Source: Spirochaetota bacterium
Lineage (GTDB): Bacteria > Spirochaetota > UBA4802 > UBA5550
Length of the DNA: 64,000 bases
Reading direction: 5' to 3'
Assembly: GCA_963663865.1 (NCBI GenBank)
Contig: OY760686.1
Span: 1,568,001-1,632,000 of the forward strand
Each line of letters starts with the position of its first letter. The stretch's first letter is position 1. A program made the position numbers and the translations under genes. This document shows, piece after piece, positions 42,158 through 51,047 of this stretch. Below the pieces are notes generated by a model that was given only the letters and a program-made list of their open reading frames with translations, made no database searches and was not told the origin of the DNA.

Positions 42158-43924
42158 GATCTAATCTCCAACAATAGTTTAATAATTTAATTAAAAAATA
42201 ACTGTCCGCCTGAACCGTAATAAACTGAATGTTGTATTCCGACAGCCTGCCAGGCGTGATTGATGGAATTGCCTACTGAAAATAATGTGTCATAGCTTAT
42301 CCCGCCTTCTTCATATTGATTTATAAGGGCATAGAGCCACGCGTTGGCGGAATCCTCGAAGGTTGCATCTGAGCTCAAATAATACATTAGAGCATTCATA
42401 GCTATCCAACCGGCATATTGGACACCAATTCCGTCAACTGAGTAATAGGAAAGATTATTATCATCCGGACCAGAGTATCCACTGCCACCTTCACTCAGAA
42501 GGTAAAATGCCTTACTTTGAACTCCGGATTGTGCATAATAATCGGCATATTCTAATGCTATGGAATCCCAATTTTCTCCGCCGTAATATTCACAGCCCGG
42601 GTTTCCAGAATTGTTTATAATTGATGACGGATTTTTTAGATCTCTTGTCGCGATTCTGTCAATCCAGGAATCCTCTCCCACATACCAGTCAAAATGTCCC
42701 TGCAATACTGATGGGTAAACATAAGTTCCATCCGGCTGGTAGTAGTTTTCAACTACAGCAGAAAAAATATCGGAATAGGATTCATTTAAGGCAATGGACT
42801 CGGTATCATATGAATATTCCAAATGTGATGTAAAGTCTGTGATGGCATGACAGAATTCATGAGCAATAACATCTAATACTGTTCTTGATCTTCGTTGCCA
42901 TTCAATGGGAGCACTGAAATGAAAAGTCCAGAACGGTTGATTATTTGAGTAGCTTTGATAATTGATTGTTTCATATTTCGTGGTACCTGTTACGTCAATA
43001 TATAAAACAGCAACGGAAGATGCCTCTAATCCGTATCCTTCAAATGAATAGTCGTCATTAAAACTGTTTCTTCCTAAAACATCATGCGTGTACTGCATAA
43101 TTCTGTTAATATTGTAAGCAGCAGATACAGCTGATGAAGAAACTGCCGTGTCATACAATTCGCTATCTGAAAAGCTAACAGTATATCCTACTTTTTTATA
43201 ATCGTTAAATGATCTATGTATATAAGGCTCAGAATCACCATCGCTCCAATCGTTATTGTCAACTTTCTTTATAACAAACCTTTTATAAATCTGCGAAGGG
43301 CTTGTCTGGGTATTCTGAAAATGATACTCCTCAGTGCCCTCAATTATGTCATAACAGTAACCGCCAGACCCTGTTATGCCCCAATAACCCAGCAATGCTG
43401 GAAAGGTTACGGTGCTGTTATTAGTCCTTTCACCTGATAAAAGGTATCCACTGGCGTTTGTTGGTTCAGTAAAATAATCCACAGGCTCATCATTCATCTC
43501 TAATTGATGAATGATGTTGTCAATTTCAGAGGCTGTTATAGCATCTATGTATGAAAGACAGTATCTATTCTTATTTGACTCGGGAAGCGAATATGAAACT
43601 TCATAACAGAGCAAAGCGTCCTTTATTACAAGCCGAATATTGCTTTCGTCTACATCCGGTGATTCACTCTCATGAATTTTCTTAAATGATGTCAGGGCTT
43701 CAGATTCTGTTATCTCAGGTTTGACAGAGAGGCTGTCTGTTTCGAGCATTTTCCCGTGAATGAAGAACACCTCGCCTTTGGAATTTGTATGCTCTAAAAG
43801 CTCTGCTCCGATAACTTCAATACCTTCATAGTACTGCTTATATCTCCTGGTCCTGCACCCCAAAAGGTAAACCAGTTTGAAAGAGAGATGCTCTTTTGTT
43901 AAATTATCTAACAGGAGAGATGCC

Positions 43925-44227
43925 ATGGGAAAGAGAGTCAAGAATCATTCACCTGAATTTAAATTCAAGGTGGTCCTTGAAAGCTTTATCAAGGACAACG
44001 TAGCTGAGGTATCCCGTCAATACGGGATAAATGCCAACCAGTTATCTTTATGGCGGAAACATTTTATTTCACAGGGTCATCATGCTTTTCAGTCTGAATC
44101 GTCCAAGGAAGAAATGAAATACCGCAAGAAGATAGAACAACTGGAAAATATGATTGGGAAGAAAGAAGTCGAAATATCGATTTTAAAGAATTATCTGGAT
44201 TTTTACGTACCTCTCGATGGCAAATAG
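43925..44227 (+). CDS. IS3-family transposase OrfA (HTH)
   Basis: SPEFKFKVV...VAEVSRQYGINANQLSLWRK HTH plus leucine zipper; AGGAG RBS. Confidence 0.9.
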   Translation: MGKRVKNHSPEFKFKVVLESFIKDNVAEVSRQYGINANQLSLWRKHFISQGHHAFQSESSKEEMKYRKKIEQLENMIGKKEVEISILKNYLDFYVPLDGK

Positions 44228-44289
44228 CTGAATATGCCCGGTCAGTTGTTGCCAGCGGGAGATCTGGAGTAAATCGAATCTGTCGAGTA

Positions 44290-45147
44290 ATGGGCATAAG
44301 CAAGAAGACGTACTATTACAGTATGGATTTTTGTGAAAGAATAGAAAAGCGTTATGGCCGCATAAAAGACTGGGTTAAGGAAATAATCGAAGACAACCCG
44401 GCATATGGCTATCGCCGGATCAAGAAAGCCCTGTTTGAAAAGTATGACGAAATCGTTAACCATAAGGCACTTTTGGTAATATTAAGGGCCTGGGGGCTTG
44501 AATTGAAGCGGAAAATACGTCCTTTGCGCAGGAGTTGGATTGTTAAAATTCTGGATTATCTTCAGCTTCGAGCAAATCTTGTGTGGTTTTTGAGTAAATC
44601 CGGTTTGATAAAGAACTGCTTTCAGGTAATTGTTTCAGATACTACTGAGCTTTTGTATCGTGGCGCTAAAGCATATTTATGTGTGCATCTTGATATATTT
44701 GGCAAGATGATTTACGGCTATAAGCTTTCAATGAAGCCTGATAGTCAAATGTTACTTCATTCGTTTAGAAATGCCGTTAAGACAATAACTGGGGAATTCG
44801 GCATCCAGATTAGTGGAATGATTTTTCATCAGGATCGTGGAAGCATAAATACCGGATCAGAATATGTTTCTGCAGTTTTGGGGAACGAAGCCAGATTAAG
44901 TTATTCCCGCAGAGGTGAACCTGGCGACAATGCCGTCAATGAATCATTTTTCTCAAGATTCAAGGATGAATGGCGGGATGTTTTTATTGAGGCTAAAACT
45001 TTTGGAGAACTTGAATCCATGGTGAAAAAAGCGATTGAGTATTACAACAGCAGAAGATATCATTCAACGATTGGATTAGAAGTGCCGGAAGTGTTTACGA
45101 TGAAACAATCGGAGCATCTAATAAATCAATCAAGAGTGGTTTCCTGA
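44290..45147 (+). CDS. IS3-family transposase OrfB (DDE integrase core), probably fused to OrfA by -1 frameshift
   Basis: YGYRRI, SDTT, HQDRGS, NAVNESFF, YNSRRYHS; frame open from 44098; T-TTA-AAG heptamer at 44182-44188. Confidence 0.9.
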   Translation: MGISKKTYYYSMDFCERIEKRYGRIKDWVKEIIEDNPAYGYRRIKKALFEKYDEIVNHKALLVILRAWGLELKRKIRPLRRSWIVKILDYLQLRANLVWFLSKSGLIKNCFQVIVSDTTELLYRGAKAYLCVHLDIFGKMIYGYKLSMKPDSQMLLHSFRNAVKTITGEFGIQISGMIFHQDRGSINTGSEYVSAVLGNEARLSYSRRGEPGDNAVNESFFSRFKDEWRDVFIEAKTFGELESMVKKAIEYYNSRRYHSTIGLEVPEVFTMKQSEHLINQSRVVS

Positions 45148-45460
45148 AAAGGGTGCAGGACCCCTGTGGGTTATTCCAATAGTATCTGTATCAGAAACCT
45201 TTTCAAGTGCTTCCGAGTTTGACTGTTGCATCAGTTGCGGGATGGTTTCACAGCTTAATTCGACAGTATCCATAGGATTTAGAGACAAAGCGATTCTTGA
45301 TGGAAGTTTAGTAGCCGAAGCAGTTCCTGACCTGAGGTATATCTGTGAGAGAGCTGTGTTATTCCTTGAAGATTCTTTAGGGGTCTGCATTTCACTGCCG
45401 CAGGAAGTTGTGGTTGCGGCTAACAAAAGAATAATTGAGATGAATAAAAAATGAAAAATC

Positions 45461-45544
45461 TGGAATCTGGAATCTGGAATCTGGAATCTGGAATCTGGAA
45501 TCTGGAATCTGGAATCTGGAATCTGGAATCTGGAATCTGGAATC
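45461..45544 (-). repeat. Heptanucleotide tandem repeat (GATTCCA)x12 at the start of the M4 peptidase CDS
   Basis: Twelve perfect TGGAATC units on the + strand (84 bp) plus a partial unit; encodes (IPDSRFQ)x4. Confidence 0.97.
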
Positions 45545-45675
45545 ATTATTGCCTCCGTAAGATTTTATGTATTATATAATTGCGCTTCGAGAGTAAGATG
45601 TCAATAAAAAACTATAAAAAGTTATATAAACCTTTGATTGAATTCTTAATCTCTCACCTGTTAAGAAAGCTTAAC

Positions 45676-45849
45676 AGCCTCTATGAGTGAATAACTACAA
45701 ATAATTGACAAAAAATCTGAAAGAATTCCGAAAAATCGATGAATACTCTTGTATCAGTTTAAAACATTGAAATGATGCTGAGATTAATAGTGTAAGTATT
45801 CAAAGACGCCCAGCTGATCACAACATTTTCATGAATCTCCGCTGAACCC
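45676..45849. repeat. Duplicated non-coding element, copy 1
   Basis: 45676-45742 is identical to 47109-47175 (67 bp); ungapped similarity continues about 105 bp further. Confidence 0.9.
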
Positions 45850-45960
45850 AACTTCACTGTTGAATTCAGGATTGCTAAATGTGTAATCACAAAATTCCCG
45901 TTTATTTGAAAAACATGGTATTTGTAATCAGTTAAAGGATTTATCAACAACTCCTCAGGA

Positions 45961-46011
45961 GTTTAGGGGCGAATACCGACTCGCCCCTAAACCCGCTCCG
46001 CTGGTGCGGGT
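45961..46011. terminator. Double hairpin downstream of lipoprotein paralogue B
   Basis: GTTTAGGGGCGA-N8-TCGCCCCTAAAC overlapping ACCCGC-N9-GCGGGT. Confidence 0.6.
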
Positions 46012-46040
46012 CTTTGCTTTACAAAAATTTCAGACTGCTT

Positions 46041-47096
46041 TTACTGGTAGACAATGTCTTCAATTGCTACAGTATCGCAGACTTCGCCATCACAGTCTCC
46101 TTCCAGCTCGTTCCAGCTGCCGTTTAAATAATACCCACCATAATATTCAGAATACACGCTGCTGAGAAAATTAACCGATATATAGATATCTGAATCAATG
46201 ACCAAAAGAGAGCTTATTATGGCGGTGTAATCTTTATTAGGTAGCTTATTTTCGTATGATGTCCATACTGAGTTATGCAGGAAGCCTGGGGTTCGGTCTT
46301 CAAGTTCTCCCGCAATATATACCCCGTTTTCGTTTACGGCTATTTTTCGGCCTATGATACCGAAACCAATATTGACAGATACCCATTCATTGTTTTTCCA
46401 GTAGCCGAGACTGTAACCAGTTTCCGAATTGTATAAGTACCCGCAGGCATAGATATCTCCATTGTAAACACAGGCTGAAGAAACTATCGCAAAGTCATAA
46501 TAGGAAGGACCGTCTTCAGGTAATGGCAACTTGTGAAGTACACCATTGGAATAATAAGCGGGAGATTGTACTTTGTTCGCCAAATTATTTCCGTAAATTA
46601 TGAGCTGGTCATTGTAAAGTGCTATCGCTGTAGGAGAAAATGTATAGGGGGATAATGCAGTAACATCTCTGTTAATCCAGCTATATGCCCCATTTCCACC
46701 ATCAAATATTCCATAGACATTATTGTTATCAGCAAATATGTCCACGACCATCCCTCCGTGTTCTTTTATTAGAAACCATTCCCCATTTTCCCAATAACCG
46801 GGAGTATAATCTGGATGGATTTCTCCTCCAATGTATAGATATGGTCCGTCAATTGCTGCGCAACGCGGCATTGGATGTATTTCTCCGCCTGACCCTTCCG
46901 CCAAAGTGTATTCGCCATTGTGATACCAGCCGGCATACACCTTTGAGCCGCTGGTCATGCTGCAGATGAAATACAGACCGGACAGATTTTCAGTTTCAGC
47001 TTCTTCAACTTCGCTGATTATTTTTGAATCTGAATCATCGCAGAAAAGATTTAAGAAGATCAATGTAATGACCAGAAGTTTTGATGTTATTTTCAT
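46041..47096 (-). CDS. Lipoprotein with repeated GY(W/Y)xNxxW units, paralogue B
   Basis: ATG 47096 after GGAGA; LNLFC lipobox; shares LSGLY, AIDGP.LYIGG, PGYW.NGEW, LGYWKN.EW, CDGE.C...VYQ with paralogue A. Confidence 0.8.
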   Translation of the reverse strand: MKITSKLLVITLIFLNLFCDDSDSKIISEVEEAETENLSGLYFICSMTSGSKVYAGWYHNGEYTLAEGSGGEIHPMPRCAAIDGPYLYIGGEIHPDYTPGYWENGEWFLIKEHGGMVVDIFADNNNVYGIFDGGNGAYSWINRDVTALSPYTFSPTAIALYNDQLIIYGNNLANKVQSPAYYSNGVLHKLPLPEDGPSYYDFAIVSSACVYNGDIYACGYLYNSETGYSLGYWKNNEWVSVNIGFGIIGRKIAVNENGVYIAGELEDRTPGFLHNSVWTSYENKLPNKDYTAIISSLLVIDSDIYISVNFLSSVYSEYYGGYYLNGSWNELEGDCDGEVCDTVAIEDIVYQ

Positions 47097-47108
47097 ATTA
47101 TTCTCCAA

Positions 47109-47282
47109 AGCCTCTATGAGTGAATAACTACAAATAATTGACAAAAAATCTGAAAGAATTCCGAAAAATCGATGATTATTCTTTCATTGGTTCAAAACGA
47201 TGTAATGACGGTGAAATTAACTGAAGAAGTATTCAAAGCCGCCCAGCTGTTAACAATATCTTTGTGAATATCCGCTTTACCC
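47109..47282. repeat. Duplicated non-coding element, copy 2
   Basis: See copy 1; offset 1433 bp; abuts the RBS of paralogue B. Confidence 0.9.
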
Positions 47283-47381
47283 CCCGAAATTCCCCCCGGG
47301 TCTTTTTGTGTTGACCTCAAGATTGTTACCTGCTGTATTTTCAGTACAATCCTGAAAACAATTAATCTGGCACATCGGCAA

Positions 47382-48323
47382 ATGAAAAATAAATCTGATT
47401 ACATAAGCAGAATCAACAGAGTAGTTGATTATATCGAATGCAATATCGACAGGGAATTTACCCTTGATGAGCTTGCGGGAGTCGCATTCTTCTCCAAATA
47501 TCACTTCCACCGTATTTTCAGTTCGATAATGGGTGAAACACTCTTTGATTTTATCTTACGGGTGAGACTGGAGAAGGCGGCAAGAGCACTCCTGGACAAT
47601 CAATCTGCAAATGTCAGTGAAATTGCCTACACGTGCGGTTTTTCAAGTCAATCGTACTTCACGAGGGCCTTTAAAAAACAGTTCTTTGTGTCGCCAGTCA
47701 AATGGCGTCGTGAAAAAAGCAATGAGGTTCAATATGCAGGCAACCAGAGTAAAGCGGAAGGCAAGCCCGGGAAAGACAGCGCCGGCCATAACGTCTATGT
47801 TGAATACATGAAAAACAACATCATCTGGAGGTTTACAATGGATTTTCAACATCAGACGGTTGAGGTAAGGGACTTTGAGGAGTTGACTGTCGCCTATGTG
47901 CGGAATATCGGCCCGTACAAGGGAAACGCACAGCTTTTTAACCAGCTTTTTACAAAGCTATGCAGCTGGGCCGGAGCAAGAGGGCTTATCAATGATAAAT
48001 CCGTGTTTCTAACGGTTTATCATGATGATCCGGAGATTACGCCTGAAGCAAAGAGAAGAATCAGTGTTTCAGTTTCGGTTCCGCCTGACACTGAAGTCTC
48101 GGGTGAAATCGGCAGAATGACAATCCCCGGAGGAAGATACGCCTTCGCCAGGTTCTCGCTCAGGGAAGATGAATTTATGGACGCGTGGAACTGGGTCTAT
48201 GGTGTCTGGCTTCCGAAAAGCGGTTTTCAGCCTGACGAGCGCGCCTGTTTCGAGCTGTACACGGAAGAGCCCCGCGATGGTGTTTTCCCTGTCGAGATAT
48301 GTGTTCCGGTGGTGCCGGTGTAG
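47382..48323 (+). CDS. AraC-family regulator with C-terminal GyrI-like effector domain
   Basis: FSKYHFHRIF, CGFSSQSYFTRAFKK HTH; GPY...YHDDP...GGRYA...WLPKSG. Confidence 0.92.
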   Translation: MKNKSDYISRINRVVDYIECNIDREFTLDELAGVAFFSKYHFHRIFSSIMGETLFDFILRVRLEKAARALLDNQSANVSEIAYTCGFSSQSYFTRAFKKQFFVSPVKWRREKSNEVQYAGNQSKAEGKPGKDSAGHNVYVEYMKNNIIWRFTMDFQHQTVEVRDFEELTVAYVRNIGPYKGNAQLFNQLFTKLCSWAGARGLINDKSVFLTVYHDDPEITPEAKRRISVSVSVPPDTEVSGEIGRMTIPGGRYAFARFSLREDEFMDAWNWVYGVWLPKSGFQPDERACFELYTEEPRDGVFPVEICVPVVPV

Positions 48324-48385
48324 GCAGCCCTTTTCCGGGCGCTGCCCGCACCACCGTCGTGAAATTTGTGATAGAATGAGCCTGC

Positions 48386-49219
48386 CTAAAGCCAGTTTAC
48401 GGACAGCTCTTTCCTTCTCGGGAAAGACGCTGTCCTGTACGCCGGGACTCCAAATCCGTACGCATAGCTCACGAGACAGTCTTCAGGAATGCCGGCTTCA
48501 GCCCTGAGCTCGGGCGATGACACAAGAGCCATGTACAGAAAGCCCGCCCAGAATCCGGCCAGGCCGTATGAGGGCATAAGAATGTCAACATGGCTTAACG
48601 CGATTATGCCGTCCGTGACCGCGGCGGGCCCCATCTGTGTATCGGACGGGACATAGGCAATAAGCGCGTGGGGCGCCCCACGCATGACAAGGTTAATGCC
48701 TTTTTCATAAAGCTTAACTGTTGCTTCATGCGGAAAGAAGTGCTTCATAGGCGTGTCGCTGTCCTTCAGTCCTTCAGCCCACTTAATGAGAATTTTCATC
48801 ATACTCTCGAGCTTCTCCGCTGAGTGAATGACTGACCAGCGGACGGGTTGACTGTTTTTACCGCTCGGGGCGAAGGATGCTGTTTCGAGAACCTTTCTTA
48901 CGGAATCCAGTTCGGCAGGGCTTTTTTTAAAGACCCTTACTGATCTTCTGTTTTTTATGTATGCGGACAGTGCCTCTCCTGAAATGTCATAGCTGGTGAA
49001 AGGCGGTCTCTCTGCCATGCCCTCCGGATAGGCTACAGCAAGGGCCTCTTCGGGGCAGTAAGACTCGCAGTGCCCGCACGAAATGCAGAGTCCCGTCTTG
49101 TCCAGCTGAGCTGATGGAAAGCCTCTGTCTCCAAAGCTGATAATTGACACCGGGCAAACAGTTGCGCAAATACCGCATTTTGTGCATTTGCCTGTGTCGA
49201 CTGTAATGTGTCCGTTCAT
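48386..49219 (-). CDS. Nitroreductase with N-terminal 2x[4Fe-4S] ferredoxin domain
   Basis: CTKCGICATVCP, CISCGHCESYCP; RRSVRVF, APSGKNSQP. Confidence 0.92.
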   Translation of the reverse strand: MNGHITVDTGKCTKCGICATVCPVSIISFGDRGFPSAQLDKTGLCISCGHCESYCPEEALAVAYPEGMAERPPFTSYDISGEALSAYIKNRRSVRVFKKSPAELDSVRKVLETASFAPSGKNSQPVRWSVIHSAEKLESMMKILIKWAEGLKDSDTPMKHFFPHEATVKLYEKGINLVMRGAPHALIAYVPSDTQMGPAAVTDGIIALSHVDILMPSYGLAGFWAGFLYMALVSSPELRAEAGIPEDCLVSYAYGFGVPAYRTASFPRRKELSVNWL

Positions 49220-49477
49220 TCCTTACCTCACTGTTTCTTTTAGAGTCTGAAATATTTTGTTATTCGCATGCATATCAAACCGGGATGAGCAGTCAAGCAA
49301 TAGAAAAAGAATGAGTATGGGCCTTGACAAATAGGGGCTCCGATGGAGAGAATACTCGGGTGCTAAGACGGAGATTCCAGAGGCGTAGTTGCTTTGTTTT
49401 AATCATCGCAAGGGCCGGGCCCACGCGCGATTGTCGGATTTTTCCGGCTTTGTGAAAAATAGTAAAGGAATAACATA

Positions 49478-50326
49478 ATGAAACTTATAGATCTTCACAC
49501 TCATTCAACCGCTTCCGACGGTATCTATTCGCCCCGGGACCTGGTGTCGCTCGCGCTTTCGAATGGCGTCAGCGTTCTGGCCCTCACGGACCACGACACG
49601 GTTGACGGAGTACAGGAAGCCGGGGCTGCCGCACACCGTGCGGGCATGGAATTTGTTCCAGGCATTGAATTCAGCGTTAAAAGCGACAGGGGGACGCTTC
49701 ATCTGGTCGGCCTCTTCATTGATCATGAAAACGAACCTCTCAGGGAAAAGACTCAGGAGCTGACTTCTTTGAGAATTTCCCGGGCTTCAAGAATGGTCGA
49801 CGATCTTAAAATTCATGGGGTGGATATCAACTTTAATGAAGTCCGGGAGCTTGCGGGAGATGCCTCGATCGGGAAGCCCCACATCGCGAGGATACTCGTG
49901 AAAAAAGGATACTCCGAAACCGTGAACGATGTCTTTAAAAAATACCTTGAAAAGGGAATGCCCGGTAATGTACCCAAGGAGAAAATATCCTTTGACGATG
50001 CCGTTGCTCTTATACGAGGGGCCGGAGGGCTTCCGGTGCTCGCACATCCCGCTTCACTGATGATAGAAGACAGCTTAGAATTTGAGTCCAGGCTTAAGGA
50101 TTTTGTTGAAAGAGGGCTTGCCGGTATTGAAGCCTTCGCTTACATGCATTCTGACGCTCAATGCGCGGAGTATCTGAGGCTGGCGCGCAAGTACTCGCTG
50201 GCTGTAAGCGGAGGCAGCGATTTTCACGGGGATAAGGGCGAAACCATCGGGTATGCCGGTCAGGAGAGGCCTCTTGGCCCGGAGCTGTACCGTGAGATTC
50301 TTGAGTATCGTGACAGCAGAGGTTGA
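49478..50326 (+). CDS. PHP-domain phosphoesterase (TrpH/YciV-like)
   Basis: DLHTHSTASDG, LTDHDT, AHP, GGSDFHG. Confidence 0.92.
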   Translation: MKLIDLHTHSTASDGIYSPRDLVSLALSNGVSVLALTDHDTVDGVQEAGAAAHRAGMEFVPGIEFSVKSDRGTLHLVGLFIDHENEPLREKTQELTSLRISRASRMVDDLKIHGVDINFNEVRELAGDASIGKPHIARILVKKGYSETVNDVFKKYLEKGMPGNVPKEKISFDDAVALIRGAGGLPVLAHPASLMIEDSLEFESRLKDFVERGLAGIEAFAYMHSDAQCAEYLRLARKYSLAVSGGSDFHGDKGETIGYAGQERPLGPELYREILEYRDSRG

Positions 50327-50419
50327 TATCATCCCACGATTGATTTAAAAATACTTCCGTAAAACCTTTAAGATACCGAAAATACAAAAGGTAGTAAATT
50401 TGAGGAGATACGGAAATTT

Positions 50420-50935
50420 ATGGAAGAGATAATAAACCCCGCGTTGATGCCGCTGATAAACAACGGAATGCTTCCCTCGGTACGGCTGACCGATCTGGCA
50501 TACCTGAGGGAGTTCATTAATCGGGTCTCCAGCAGGGACTATCTGCCCGGCAGGGACGCGGACGCGCTATTTGAGCGCTATGGCGCAATGCCCGACATTC
50601 TCAGCTGGGGAGACTATTTTCAAACTGAGCTGGCCTTTTCTCTCAGGGGAGCCTCAGACAGCGAGTTTCGAAGGGCATTTGCGACTGTAAGGTTCGATAT
50701 TATTTCAAGCTGGGAGATATTCAGCGGAAAGGGCAGGGCTTTTTTCGATTTTATCGACAATGCCCGCGATGCCGTGGTGACTGATGGGCTTGAGTCGTTT
50801 GAGGGAGTTGACCGGGATGAAATTATTCACCTTGGAATTCTTAAAGATTACTATATAAATTTGGGCATACTTGACAGATTTACTGATTCAGAGCGTAAAT
50901 GGTACTCTTCATACGGGAACGCCGCTGCTATGTAG
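50420..50935 (+). CDS. Hypothetical protein
   Basis: 171-aa ORF with an upstream GAGGAG RBS-like sequence. Confidence 0.7.
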   Translation: MEEIINPALMPLINNGMLPSVRLTDLAYLREFINRVSSRDYLPGRDADALFERYGAMPDILSWGDYFQTELAFSLRGASDSEFRRAFATVRFDIISSWEIFSGKGRAFFDFIDNARDAVVTDGLESFEGVDRDEIIHLGILKDYYINLGILDRFTDSERKWYSSYGNAAAM

Positions 50936-51047
50936 CGCCCCCCCCTCCATGATTTGATAAAGTTGTATTTTGACTGATCAAAAAATTCTTGTATAATGCA
51001 GTTTTATCTGTTAAAGTCCTGTCGATAATACTGGAGAGACAGGACTA

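Larger units (their letters stand above)
43849..45162 (+). mobile_element. IS3-family insertion sequence, 1314 bp
   Basis: Terminal IRs with 12-bp perfect core GGTCCTGCACCC; CCT duplicated at 43846-43848 and 45163-45165; orfA/orfB in -1 arrangement. Confidence 0.92.
42187..45546 (-). pseudogene. M4 (thermolysin-family) metallopeptidase lipoprotein interrupted by an IS3-family element; about 680 aa when rejoined
   Basis: 5' part 45546-45163 (signal, TTSC lipobox) joins in frame to 43845-42187 giving ...IGITHR-RYKQYYEGIEV (FTP propeptide); PepSY-like region; HEFCH and NESYSD zinc motifs. Confidence 0.88.

Noticed and set aside
42187-43941. 584-aa ORF as a complete gene
   Set aside because: Its first 31 codons are IS sequence; it is the 3' part of the interrupted peptidase.
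45461-45544. Tandem repeat as a CRISPR array
   Set aside because: 7-bp units with no spacers; no cas genes.
45658-45677. GTTAAGC (GTTRRRY) at the peptidase cassette edge suggested an integron site
   Set aside because: No attC-sized hairpin after the genes, the other junction does not fit GTTRRRY, and there is no integrase in the window.
45743-45849. Mismatches between the two repeat copies are skewed to one codon position (about 15 of 28), hinting at a hidden CDS
   Set aside because: Both candidate frames (+ and -) contain stop codons in both copies.
41090-47096. Paralogues and repeats as a diversity-generating retroelement
   Set aside because: No reverse transcriptase and no TR/VR pair with adenine-specific mismatches.
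49324-49477. GC-rich leader upstream of the PHP gene as an ncRNA or riboswitch
   Set aside because: Only short hairpins after a TTGACA promoter; no recognisable tRNA, SRP, tmRNA or riboswitch consensus.
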